A stretch of DNA of 64,000 nt from an uncultured cyanobacterium (GTDB lineage: Bacteria; Cyanobacteriota; Cyanobacteriia; PCC-9006; JAAUQQ01). The notes under the pieces are model-generated. The model searched no databases. It was given only the letters and a program-made list of their open reading frames with translations, and had not been told where the DNA came from. Positions 50,238 through 59,377 of the stretch are shown piece after piece. The stretch lies in assembly GCA_963718615.1 (NCBI GenBank), contig OY970368.1:5664001-5728000 (forward strand), in the 5' to 3' direction. Position numbers and translations under genes: made by a program. Numbering within the stretch: the stretch's first letter is position 1; each line of letters begins with the position of its first letter.

Positions 50238-50662
50238 GCAATAGCCCCCACAACTCGCCCGCTTTCAACATTGGTTCCGTTGGAACACTCAACACCGGCA
50301 ATGTCACCATTCACGGCGATCAAGTTGGCATTCAGCACAACCACACAACCAGTCCTGAAATAGACGCAGCACTGAAACAGCTTCAGACCTATCTAAACTC
50401 ACTCCAAACGCAACATCCCGAGCCCTCAAGCGAGACCGAAGCCTTAGCCATCATCGATGCGGAGTTCACAGAAATCCAACGTCAGCCCGACCATAGACTG
50501 GCCACGCTTCGCCAACAACTTACTAATCCAGAAGGCCACTTCCAAGCCACCAAAGCAACCCTTGCTGAAATCGCCAAGCACTATCTCGAAGAAAGCGTTT
50601 GGTCCAAAGCCATTCTCACCTACATCGACAAACTCAGTGAAACCCCAGACCAAGGAGAATAG
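50234..50662 (+). CDS. Hypothetical protein
   Basis: 142-aa ORF; FNIGSVGTLNTGNVTIHGDQVG low-complexity start followed by a helical domain. Confidence 0.65.
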   Translation: MSNSPHNSPAFNIGSVGTLNTGNVTIHGDQVGIQHNHTTSPEIDAALKQLQTYLNSLQTQHPEPSSETEALAIIDAEFTEIQRQPDHRLATLRQQLTNPEGHFQATKATLAEIAKHYLEESVWSKAILTYIDKLSETPDQGE

Positions 50663-50665
50663 ACC

Positions 50666-50790
50666 ATGCTAGCCACCCCCTATCCTCCCCTCGAAACCCC
50701 AGCCCACCAACCTGCCCACCTCAAACGCCTCCCCCGCATCCGCGTTGCCCAAATAGCTATGGACTACCTCACCCACGGTTCCCCCGTCTC
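50666..50790 (+). pseudogene. DUF433-like antitoxin N-terminal remnant
   Basis: PAHLKRLPRIRVAQIAMDYLTHG, then loses resemblance. Confidence 0.55.
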
Positions 50791-50909
50791 GATTCCTCAC
50801 TCGTATGCGGGCCGAGGGGAGACTCTGAACCATGGCCGTTGCATTGTATATGGATGTCCATATTCCCCAATCTATTACCTTACAGCTCCGTCCTTTCAAG
50901 TGAGGCCCA

Positions 50910-51047
50910 TCCCAGGACATAATCCGCCCCAGCGCCACAAATCCAGATAAGATCCAGAGGCAATTGCCCGACGTTCAGCGCCCTTTTCCATGAAATCGAC
51001 GATCGCCCAGCTCAGGGACCGCTTCGAAACCGCCCTGGTCACCGCCT
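50910..51047 (+). repeat. Duplicate of the argS upstream region and first ~19 codons (direct repeat of 51764-51901)
   Basis: 138 nt with 4 mismatches by manual alignment; contains ATG AAA TCG ACG ATC GCC at 50990. Confidence 0.95.
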
Positions 51048-51053
51048 GTGGGG

Positions 51054-51437
51054 TCAGCGAGCTACGGTGAATTGCCGTAACCATTCCACCAGAGCATCAC
51101 GGCCAGTTTCTCCTGCCGCGATCGCCAAAACAATCCTCTCCTGTTCATCCACAGCAGCACGAATCTCTCTCCCATTCAGAATTAGAAAGACCTCCATCGC
51201 CGCATGACCCGTTCGTTTGTTCCCGTCTACAAAGGGATGATTCATAATGATAGAGAATCCCAGAGCAGCCAACTTCTCAATGAGACTTGGGTAGAGATCT
51301 ACTCCTCCAAAAGCCATTTGGGGCTGAGCGATCGCCGACTCCAGAAGACCCAAATCACAGACCCCAGAAGCTCCACCCGATTGTTCAAGAATCCTGTGAT
51401 GGAGTTGTAGCACCTCCACCAACGTCAGGTAACGCAT
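51054..51437 (-). CDS. doc: Doc/Fic family toxin (death-on-curing)
   Basis: Fic motif [12 protein letters not shown]; [12 protein letters not shown]. Confidence 0.92.
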   Translation of the reverse strand: MRYLTLVEVLQLHHRILEQSGGASGVCDLGLLESAIAQPQMAFGGVDLYPSLIEKLAALGFSIIMNHPFVDGNKRTGHAAMEVFLILNGREIRAAVDEQERIVLAIAAGETGRDALVEWLRQFTVAR

Positions 51438-51634
51438 TAGGCTAAGCGCTGATACAGCTCAGTATTCTTGTTTAAGACGTAATTAGTCGCATCCTGAAAA
51501 TCAGCTTGTTGCGCGCTGAGCCAGCTTTCTAAACTGGAACGCAAAAGTATATCTAAAGGAATATTTTGAGACTTCGCCAAATCCTGCAAGGCTTGTAGCC
51601 TCTCTTCTGAAAGTTCGATCGTGACAGACGCCAT
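51437..51634 (-). CDS. Antitoxin partner of Doc
   Basis: Small RHH-like ORF ending [14 protein letters not shown]; overlaps the toxin start. Confidence 0.85.
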   Translation of the reverse strand: MASVTIELSEERLQALQDLAKSQNIPLDILLRSSLESWLSAQQADFQDATNYVLNKNTELYQRLA

Positions 51635-51843
51635 CGCAGTAACCTTCTTAGTGCCTTTCTGCCCAAATTTTAGCATCAGCACTTGCTTAGCCTATGCGCT
51701 GGATTCGCAAAGTGCTTGACCCAAGCGCCCTTCAAGAAGCCAATGCCTGTAATAACCCTCTAGTCCCAGGACATAATCCGGCCCAGCGCCACAAATCCAG
51801 ATAAGATCCAGAGGCAATTGCCCGACGTTCAGCGCCCTTTTCC

Positions 51844-53598
51844 ATGAAATCGACGATCGCCCAGCTCAAGGACCGCTTCGAGACCGCCCTCGTCACCGCC
51901 TTTGGCCCAGACCTCGCCGGGACGGATCCGATTTTGGTCCCGGCTAGTAACCCGAAATTTGGGGACTTTCAGGCCAATGTTGCCATGTCCTTGGCCAAAC
52001 CACTCAAGGATAAGCCGAGGGCGATCGCCGAGAAGATTGTCGAGAATCTGGATGTGAGCGCGCTGTGCGAGGAGCCCGCGATCGCCGGACCCGGTTTCAT
52101 CAACCTCAAACTCAAGCCCGCCTACATCAACGAACAGCTCAAGGCGATTCAAAGGAGCCATCGTCTCGGCATTGAACCCGCTCAAAATCCCCAGAAAATC
52201 ATCGTCGATTTTTCCAGCCCCAACATCGCCAAGGAAATGCACGTGGGCCATTTGCGATCGACCATCATTGGAGACTCGATCGCCTGTGTTCTAGAATTCC
52301 AAGGCCACGACGTCCTACGACTGAACCATGTGGGGGATTGGGGAACACAGTTTGGTATGTTGATTACACATCTCAAGGATGCCTGCCCAGAAGCCTTGGC
52401 CGACGCGGAATCGGTTAATATTGGTGACTTGGTGGCGTTTTATAAACAAGCCAAACAGCGGTTTGACGAAGACGAAGACTTTAAGGAAACCTCGCGGCAG
52501 GCCGTGGTGGGGTTGCAGTCCGGCGATGCGGATTCGCTTAAGGCTTGGCAGGTGCTGTGCCAACAGTCGCGTAGGGCCTTTCAGGAAATTTACGATCGCC
52601 TCAATATCCGTCTAGAAGAACGGGGTGAATCGTTTTATAACCCCTATTTAGCCGATGTGATTGCAGGTTTGAAAGAGGCCCAACTGCTGGAAACCGATGA
52701 TGGGGCCGAGGTGGTGTTTCTGGAGGGATTTACGAATAAGGAGGGCGATCGCCAGCCGCTGATCGTCCAAAAATCTAACGGCGGTTTCAACTACGCCACC
52801 ACGGACCTCGCCTCCATCCGCTACCGCACCACCCAGGACGGAGCCCAGCGTATTATCTACGTCACCGACGCCGGACAGGCCAACCACTTTGCTCAGGTGT
52901 TCCAGGTGGCAAACCGGGCCGGGTGGGTGCCGGAGGGTGTGAGTTTGGAGCATGTGCCCTTTGGTGTGGTTCAGGGGGAGGATGGCAAGAAGTTTAAGAC
53001 GCGATCGGGCGAGACGATCCGACTGAAGGATTTGCTGGATGAGGCAGTTGTGCGCGCAAGAAAAGACGTGGAGCAGCGCATTGCGGACGACAATCGGGGT
53101 GAAAGCGAGGACTTCATCGAGAATGTTGCGCAGAAGGTGGGTCTCGGTGCCGTCAAATACGCCGACCTGAGCCAAAATCGCACCAGCAACTACATCTTCA
53201 GCTTTGATAAAATGCTGGCGCTCCAGGGCAATACGGCTCCCTACATGCTTTATGCTTACGCACGGGTCAAGAGCATCAGCCGCAAGGGCGAGGTGGATTT
53301 TGCAACGATCGATCCCTCTGCCATCACGGTGGAAACTCCCGAAGAGCTGGCTCTGGCGAAGCATATCCTGCAACTGGATGAAGTTTTGGATGCCGTCGAG
53401 GCGGATCTGCTGCCGAATCGGCTCTGCCAGTATTTGTTTGAGCTGAGCCAAAAGTTCAATCAGTTTTATGAGCAGTGTTCGGTGCTGCAAGCGGAGGAAC
53501 CCCAGCGGACTTCGCGGTTGGTGCTGTGTGATTTGACGGCGCGATCGCTCCAGCTTGGTCTGTCGTTGTTGGGGATTGAGGTGTTGGAGCGGATGTAG
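51844..53598 (+). CDS. argS: Arginine--tRNA ligase
   Basis: [60 protein letters not shown]. Confidence 0.98.
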   Translation: MKSTIAQLKDRFETALVTAFGPDLAGTDPILVPASNPKFGDFQANVAMSLAKPLKDKPRAIAEKIVENLDVSALCEEPAIAGPGFINLKLKPAYINEQLKAIQRSHRLGIEPAQNPQKIIVDFSSPNIAKEMHVGHLRSTIIGDSIACVLEFQGHDVLRLNHVGDWGTQFGMLITHLKDACPEALADAESVNIGDLVAFYKQAKQRFDEDEDFKETSRQAVVGLQSGDADSLKAWQVLCQQSRRAFQEIYDRLNIRLEERGESFYNPYLADVIAGLKEAQLLETDDGAEVVFLEGFTNKEGDRQPLIVQKSNGGFNYATTDLASIRYRTTQDGAQRIIYVTDAGQANHFAQVFQVANRAGWVPEGVSLEHVPFGVVQGEDGKKFKTRSGETIRLKDLLDEAVVRARKDVEQRIADDNRGESEDFIENVAQKVGLGAVKYADLSQNRTSNYIFSFDKMLALQGNTAPYMLYAYARVKSISRKGEVDFATIDPSAITVETPEELALAKHILQLDEVLDAVEADLLPNRLCQYLFELSQKFNQFYEQCSVLQAEEPQRTSRLVLCDLTARSLQLGLSLLGIEVLERM

Positions 53599-53642
53599 GC
53601 TATGAATGAGCCGAGCCACTTCCCTAACGCGAGGTCCGCCCT

Positions 53643-54257
53643 ATGACTCAGCTACAAGTTAGTCCTTCTGTCAACGAATGGCTCCAGCAGGAACCTGAGT
53701 TTGTGGCGCAATGGCTTCGAGAAGTGGAGAATGGTGGAATTGAGATCCAGGAGGATTTCAATTGGCATGGCTTAGCCCAAGGATCTGCATCACTGGCTCA
53801 AAAGTTTGCTCTAGAGAGAGAGCGTCAGCGGTCTTTACAGTGGGCAGGAGTGGCGATCGCACTCTATGAGCAGCTCATCCCAAAAACACCTGTTCTACAC
53901 CGGAATTCCTTAGACTGTGATTCCTTCGCCCAATCAGCGATGAACCTCAGGGTTAATATGATGCGGGCTTGGGGAGCTTGCCCTGAGCATTTGGTTCTAG
54001 ATCCTAAAATTGTCACAGACTGGTTCTTTCAGCAGTTCAGCCAATCGGCTGAAGAGATTAAGCGAGAAGCAGAGCCCTGGCAAAGACCCGGTATTTTTCA
54101 AGATCGGCAGTACATCGCGAACCATCTTGAAACCCTCAAACATCTGCGCCGTCTCAAAAATTATCTTAATGTAATTGAACCGCTGCTGGGACTCAATAAC
54201 TGGCAGCCCCCAGAAGAATTGGAAGCTTGGCTCTCTCTAAAACCGCTGCTGCCATAA
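53643..54257 (+). CDS. Hypothetical protein (cassette 1 after argS)
   Basis: 204-aa ATG ORF lying between argS and tail copy 1. Confidence 0.75.
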   Translation: MTQLQVSPSVNEWLQQEPEFVAQWLREVENGGIEIQEDFNWHGLAQGSASLAQKFALERERQRSLQWAGVAIALYEQLIPKTPVLHRNSLDCDSFAQSAMNLRVNMMRAWGACPEHLVLDPKIVTDWFFQQFSQSAEEIKREAEPWQRPGIFQDRQYIANHLETLKHLRRLKNYLNVIEPLLGLNNWQPPEELEAWLSLKPLLP

Positions 54258-54298
54258 ACAGATGACTGCACGGTGGGCTCTGCCAAACTCCGGAGAAC

Positions 54299-54351
54299 CG
54301 CTCCATCTCGGCCTATCGTTGCTGGGCATTGAGGTGCTGGAGCGCATGGAG
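54299..54351 (+). repeat. argS 3'-end copy 1
   Basis: Encodes [16 protein letters not shown]; 9 differences in 53 nt from argS 53546-53598, 7 of them synonymous. Confidence 0.92.
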
Positions 54352-54395
54352 GGCTTTTACAATGGTCGGTAAGCTTGAAATTCTTCGCTAATCCC

Positions 54396-54647
54396 ATGAA
54401 TCTACAACTCTCAATTCCAGATTCAGTCATTGCTGCCCTACGTGTTCCCGAACCTCGGGTGCAGCAGATACTTCTGATTGAGCTGGCGATCGCCCTCTAC
54501 CAACAGGAGATTCTCTCTTTCGGCAAAGCCCGAGAACTTGCACAGCTTGATAAATACGAGTTTGGGCAACTCCTAGGACAGCGACAGATCGAGCGCCACT
54601 ACACCATGCTGGAACTAGAGGATGATCTTGCCTATGCCGGTTGTTAG
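54396..54647 (+). CDS. UPF0175 family antitoxin
   Basis: ELAIALYQQEILSFGKARELA, FGQLLGQRQI..HY...LEDDL. Confidence 0.9.
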   Translation: MNLQLSIPDSVIAALRVPEPRVQQILLIELAIALYQQEILSFGKARELAQLDKYEFGQLLGQRQIERHYTMLELEDDLAYAGC

Positions 54648-55134
54648 CAATACATCACCCATTTTGAACCTGGCGATTGTGGGACAGCTCGGCCTCCTTA
54701 AGATGCAGTTCAGCCAAATTTTGGTGCCTTTGGAGGTTGTTGCCGAGCTGAAACCTGACGAACAGCGCCCTGGATCGGTAGCAATTCAACAAGCCTTGGA
54801 CTCAGGCTGGATTCAGTCTCAACCGCTCAGTCCCCAATCACTTCCCAGCTTTACGCTTCTCCGGCAGCACCTAGATCTGGGAGAATCAGCTGCGATCGCC
54901 CTAGCGTTAGAAATCCAGGCCAAGATGATACTGCTAGATGAGCGGGAGGGTCGCAAAACGGCAAAATCTTTAGGGCTGAACATAACTGGACTTCTAGGTG
55001 TGTTGCTTAAAGCCAGAGCAACCGGAACAATACCCGCCTTAAAACCCATCGTCGATGACCTTATGAGTCTTGCAGGCTTTCGGATTTCCCCAGCTTTGCT
55101 TGAACGAATCCTAGAGAATGATATGGGGCCATAG
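54634..55134 (+). CDS. DUF3368 PIN-domain toxin
   Basis: VVSNTSPILNL, LDLGESAAIALA, LLDEREGR, GFRISP. Confidence 0.9.
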   Translation: MPVVSNTSPILNLAIVGQLGLLKMQFSQILVPLEVVAELKPDEQRPGSVAIQQALDSGWIQSQPLSPQSLPSFTLLRQHLDLGESAAIALALEIQAKMILLDEREGRKTAKSLGLNITGLLGVLLKARATGTIPALKPIVDDLMSLAGFRISPALLERILENDMGP

Positions 55135-55140
55135 TTTAAG

Positions 55141-55201
55141 GGCGCGATCGCGACCGCTCGGTTTGTCGTTGTTGGGGATTGAGGTGTGGGAGCGGATGTA
55201 G
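55141..55201 (+). repeat. argS 3'-end copy 2
   Basis: 6 differences in 61 nt from 53538-53598; retains ATGTAG; begins at a HIP1 site. Confidence 0.95.
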
Positions 55202-55265
55202 ATTTTCTAAAATGGTCAAGATAGACCATCCAGGTCTTCGCCTACAAGCCAGTGAGGTTTGCCCC

Positions 55266-55577
55266 ATGACGACCGCCGCAACGCTTCCCGCTCCCATTAA
55301 TATCGGTAGCCTCATTGTTTCCACGCCAGAGGTCGTGGGGGGTAGACCCCGGATTGCGGGTACGCGAGTTTCAGTTCAAAGAATCGTGGGCTGGCATAAG
55401 CAAGGGCTCAGTGCGGAAGAAATCCTAGGGCGTTTTGGCCACCTGACCCTAGCTCAGATCTATGCAGCCCTGACTTACTATCACGCCAATAAGGCTGAGA
55501 TTGAACAGTACTTAGCTGAAGAGGCAGAGGCTTGTGAAGCGCTTCAAGCTCCTGATCACTCTGGGCATGCTGCATGA
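55266..55577 (+). CDS. DUF433 family antitoxin
   Basis: VVGGRPRIAGTRVSV, LTLAQIYAALTYYHANKAEIE. Confidence 0.92.
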   Translation: MTTAATLPAPINIGSLIVSTPEVVGGRPRIAGTRVSVQRIVGWHKQGLSAEEILGRFGHLTLAQIYAALTYYHANKAEIEQYLAEEAEACEALQAPDHSGHAA

Positions 55578-55618
55578 GTTCAATCAGGCTCTATCTAGAC
55601 GAAGACGCGATGATTTAG
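55574..55618 (+). pseudogene. DUF5615/PIN-like toxin truncated after 14 codons
   Basis: ATGA overlap with DUF433; MSSIRLYLDEDAMI* matches the typical RLYLDED start. Confidence 0.7.
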
Positions 55619-55930
55619 TGAATATCGCAGGCTTTTGTATTTTTCCAGACCTATGCGATCGCATAATCGAGACCAAGACAAGGATGAGTATGGCCGCAGA
55701 AGCTTTGTATAAATTGAGATCAAAAATATAAGTGCAGGAATTTCAATCGTTAGAGCAACATTTTTATAATAAGGTCTATCGATCTCATGTGAAGATGTTC
55801 TAGCCTGATACGTTGAGCGAAAAAATCTACGTATTTTCCGGGAACTCTAAAAATTCTTTGTATATATGTAAGATACATTGTTAGCTAAGCCACATGAATT
55901 GATCAAAATTTTCTACTACTTGCTAGCCAG

Positions 55931-56037
55931 TTATAGCAATCCGGTTTGAGCGAGCATACGTATGCTGGTGCTCAAGGATTCATCCAGTCTGGACTTGCCT
56001 CTGAATGATTCTCAGAAATCAGTCTGGATTGCTGTAA
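55931..56037. mobile_element. MITE-like element with TATAGCAATCC-type terminal inverted repeats
   Basis: Left TTATAGCAATCCGGTTTGA; right end reverse-complements to TTACAGCAATCCAGACTGA; no ORF. Confidence 0.65.
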
Positions 56038-56075
56038 CTCATATTTTGTAATAGTAGCTGCTTAGATCCAAGATT

Positions 56076-56732
56076 ATGAATACAGTAGATTCTCAAGTTG
56101 TATATCAAGAGCTAACAAGGATTGCTGGCTATCCTCCTCAAGGAAAGTTCCCTGGAAATTTATCTTTCGATTCAGCAGTAAAATATCTATCCTCAAGACT
56201 GACTAATGAAGAGAAAATAATCGCTCTTACTACAGTTCGATATAAAGGAATTAATTCTTTTCTCGTGATTACACAAAGGCAAGTGATTTGCTTTTCAGAA
56301 AAAGAAACTCTTTTCACAGAAGGAGTAAAAAATATTTCTAAGGTGCTAACAGGAGAAAATGGTCTGATTTTCAAGAGATTGCATGATTTGCATAGCTTCT
56401 ACTTCATCAATTTACATAGTGGCAGCAAATTCATTTCTTCTCTAAAGGTACTTTCGCTAATAATTGAGGAGAAAGGCAAGATCAAGAAAGATGGCCATGA
56501 AGTCAAGTTAGAATTGTTTGCATACTCGTTTTTTGTTTTTTTGGCATTTGTTTTTGGGTCATGTACATATCGTGTTTTCTGAAGTGACAGTCATTCAGGT
56601 GCTGGCTCTGTTCGGGAATGTGACGAGCAGGCTGTTCTCAGTCAAATTGAGAATGAAATTGGACCAACTGTTGATAATCAGGAAGAAATTGATTACGCTG
56701 CACGAAAATTAAAAGCGGCTTGTCGATATTAG
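56076..56732 (+). pseudogene. AT-rich membrane protein (PH-domain-like N-terminus) interrupted by an in-frame TGA
   Basis: 168-aa ORF stops at 56580-56582 just after a TM segment; the same frame stays open 49 more codons to TAG at 56730. Confidence 0.55.
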
Positions 56733-56805
56733 AACTCTTGCACGGATCCCATTTTTGATCTGAGACCCTCATGGTTGCGTTACTCTCTGGTTCATGCAGG
56801 AGCTA
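56730..56805. mobile_element. Degenerate MITE-like element with TAGAcCTCTTGCA-type ends
   Basis: TAGAACTCTTGCACGGATC ... GGTTCATGCAGGAGCTA imperfect inverted ends. Confidence 0.45.
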
Positions 56806-56921
56806 TTGGGATTTACTCAAGGGGACTACATATGCAAGGCGACTGTGCTGCACCACTCAACAGCCTCGCCTTTAACCTCACCCTTATCCAAATTCTCGCT
56901 ACCGGACACACCGACTAACCC
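56805..56921 (+). pseudogene. Decayed partial copy of the 58927-59334 gene
   Basis: Aligns to 58937-59052 (GCAAGG..ACTCAACAGCCTC..TTCTCGC.ACCGGACACACCGAC); contains an indel and a stop. Confidence 0.85.
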
Positions 56922-56948
56922 TTTTCCGTCCATAGTGGGCACCATGGA

Positions 56949-57057
56949 CGGAGGAAAACTCTAGCGGACCTTATGGTTGGTGCTGTGTGATTTGACAGCG
57001 CGACCGCGACCGCTCGGCCTCTCATTGTTGGGAATTGAGGTGCTGGAACGGATATAA
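56949..57057 (+). repeat. argS 3'-end copy 3 (longest, about 36 codons)
   Basis: [11 protein letters not shown]...[14 protein letters not shown]; many synonymous changes relative to 53492-53598. Confidence 0.93.
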
Positions 57058-57342
57058 GCATGTTGCTCATGTCCAGCAGTAAAGTTATTTAAACTACGGC
57101 TGGAGCAAAGCACACGAATTTCGTTAGTATGTCTAGTATTAAAGCACTGGAGCTGATTGACTGACAAAAGTTTGCGTAAATGTTGCTCAAAGTCTCTTAT
57201 AGCAAGGGTTTGAGGCGATCTAGAGGGTATTCTGGCTTTGTTTCGCCTGAATCCTTTGACTGGCAAGCATTTCAGGGATTAGTGATCCATGTTTTGTCAG
57301 TCAATCAGGCACTGGAGTATTACTCGTGAGAACGAAAAACTG

Positions 57343-58800
57343 ATGATGCCCAATGAAAGAGAGTTACTTTTGCAAGAGCAGGTAACTCTCTACAACAACA
57401 TTGCAAAGTTTGGTGATGCTGAAGGCAGATTGCTCGCAGAGTTGCAGATCTTTCCATCCCCTAGGATTCGTTGGTCGTTTGAGCAGTTAGGTGTACATGA
57501 AGCTTGGCTACCCAGGTCAGGAGACTGTTCGGCACCTCAAATTACTGGTCACTTTTTTACCATTGAGAAACCGAAGATAACACAGTATCGTTCAAACATT
57601 GTTGGACCAGCGGAAATCAGAGCAGGAGATACAGCGAGAGCCATTTATGGAGACTTTGATGCCCCCGGCCACTTTTTCAAGTTCTACTTTCCTAATTTCC
57701 GCTGTTTGCAGAAGGCCTTTGGGAAACCAATTTGGAACAAACAGATCGATCCCAGCAGGGGAAATGATCAAGAAGTAGGTATGCAAGAGCACGGACGTTA
57801 CATAGAAGCATCGCTAGACGAAAATTGGAGTATCAAGCTTTTCTCTAGCAAAGATGCTAACAAATGGCTAAATTCAGAAGAAGCCAACATTGGAACACTT
57901 CTAACGACTGAAGGCAGCTTCTATCAAACACATTTCAAGGACATTCCTAAAAATTCACCATCTCCATTACAAGCTTTATCTCTGCGGCAAGTCACTGTAG
58001 TACTGGAGGATTTGGGAAGCTTTATGGCTTTTCCCAATGGCGGATACTTGGGTCCCATATACATAGAAAGTTGGCAGTATTTAGAGGACACTGATAGCTC
58101 CATAGCGGCCGTAGCAAGCCAATATCTGAACACAACGCTAGATAATCTCTCGATTTCTTGGGTCGCAGATGGTATCAAATTACAGCCTTATTTAGAATGT
58201 TTTCCCACGTTCAAAGTAATGCTAAATCAGTCATCTCATGATGGCACTTCGTGGAAAGATACATACCGTTTTGTTTTAGCTCAATATTTTCAGGCAACTA
58301 GTCCAAAATTCCGAGGTTGGCAGGTTCGGGCAAGCAGTATCGGTTCAGCGTTAGAACGTCTATCCGACATGATTTTGGTACAAGATGAGTCTCATGATGA
58401 AAGGAAAGAAAAATGTAATCTACTGTTTGAGCGCGGAAAGGATAAACAAGCAAGACGTGAATGGAATATTGGCAAAGGAGAGGGACAAGAAGATACCAAT
58501 CCAACCAGCAAGCGTTTATGTCTCATGCTTGAGCGCATAGGCTTGACGAAAGAACATGGGTTCTCACAGGACTTAGAGGATACATCAAAATTCTTGACAG
58601 TTAGGAACGAGGCTGTACATCCGAGAGCTATAGGGATAGACGTTAAGGAACGTGACCGTCTCATCTGGAGGGCTGTTCAGTGGGTCGAGGAGGTTCTCCT
58701 GTGGAGATTAGGGTATGAAGGGCAATATTGCGATCGCCTGACTGGTGACTATTTCAATACACCTCGATACGATCTCAATACTCGAAATCCTGACTGGTAG
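57343..58800 (+). CDS. Hypothetical protein with C-terminal HEPN-like motif (ApeA-like architecture)
   Basis: RNEAVH (RxxxxH) at 58603-58620; upstream SALERL helix; LLWRLGYEGQY tail. Confidence 0.6.
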   Translation: MMPNERELLLQEQVTLYNNIAKFGDAEGRLLAELQIFPSPRIRWSFEQLGVHEAWLPRSGDCSAPQITGHFFTIEKPKITQYRSNIVGPAEIRAGDTARAIYGDFDAPGHFFKFYFPNFRCLQKAFGKPIWNKQIDPSRGNDQEVGMQEHGRYIEASLDENWSIKLFSSKDANKWLNSEEANIGTLLTTEGSFYQTHFKDIPKNSPSPLQALSLRQVTVVLEDLGSFMAFPNGGYLGPIYIESWQYLEDTDSSIAAVASQYLNTTLDNLSISWVADGIKLQPYLECFPTFKVMLNQSSHDGTSWKDTYRFVLAQYFQATSPKFRGWQVRASSIGSALERLSDMILVQDESHDERKEKCNLLFERGKDKQARREWNIGKGEGQEDTNPTSKRLCLMLERIGLTKEHGFSQDLEDTSKFLTVRNEAVHPRAIGIDVKERDRLIWRAVQWVEEVLLWRLGYEGQYCDRLTGDYFNTPRYDLNTRNPDW

Positions 58801-58926
58801 ATTGTTTAGCCGCAAATCTCTGATCAACATTCATCCCAGTGCTAACAACCGATCAACGATGATTCAAGACCCCGAACTGCGCGAGCAAGTTGGAAAAATA
58901 GCCCATAAACTGTTGGGAGGTGTGGA

Positions 58927-59334
58927 ATGGGAATAAATTGGGATCGACTCAAAGCACTTCATTTGCAAGGTGACAGGGCCAGTCAACTCAACAGCCTCTA
59001 TTTCAACCTTGCCCGTCTCCAAGTTCTCGCCACCGGACACACCGACGAACCCGTCGCCCTTCACCTCATCCGCGAGAGCCAGTGCTTTATCGAATGGATT
59101 GTCCCAACCCTCGATCTGGAGACAGACGATATCAGCGTTGCCACGTCACTGGTTGATCTTCAGCGCCAACTCAGCCGATGGAAACTGGAGTGGGGGAAGT
59201 GCTGGAGCGAAAAAGAGGCACGGGAGAATCTGGTGACCCAGGCTGCACAATGGTGCGATTTCCTCGGCAGCTTGCATTGCGATCGCCCCCAGAAACCCTC
59301 AATGTCCAGCCCAGAACTGTACCAACAGGTCTAG
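58927..59334 (+). CDS. Conserved cyanobacterial hypothetical protein
   Basis: NLARLQ..HLIRESQCFIEW..LVDLQRQLSRWK; preceded by an overlapping 3' gene remnant (..DPELREQVGKIAHKLLG). Confidence 0.7.
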   Translation: MGINWDRLKALHLQGDRASQLNSLYFNLARLQVLATGHTDEPVALHLIRESQCFIEWIVPTLDLETDDISVATSLVDLQRQLSRWKLEWGKCWSEKEARENLVTQAAQWCDFLGSLHCDRPQKPSMSSPELYQQV

Positions 59335-59377
59335 CAAAGTCGCCCTGCTATGATCGAGGAAGTTCAGAGGACCCCCC

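Noticed and set aside
51829-52251. Minus-strand ORF whose C-terminus matches the ORF at 50896-51084
   Set aside because: The similarity is a by-product of the argS 5' duplication
52648-53619. 323-aa antisense ORF over argS
   Set aside because: Shadow frame of a conserved gene with no recognisable motifs
53492-57057. argS tail repeats as a CRISPR array or attC sites
   Set aside because: Spacing is 0.7-1.8 kb and irregular, the repeats are coding-derived and non-palindromic, and no cas or intI gene is present
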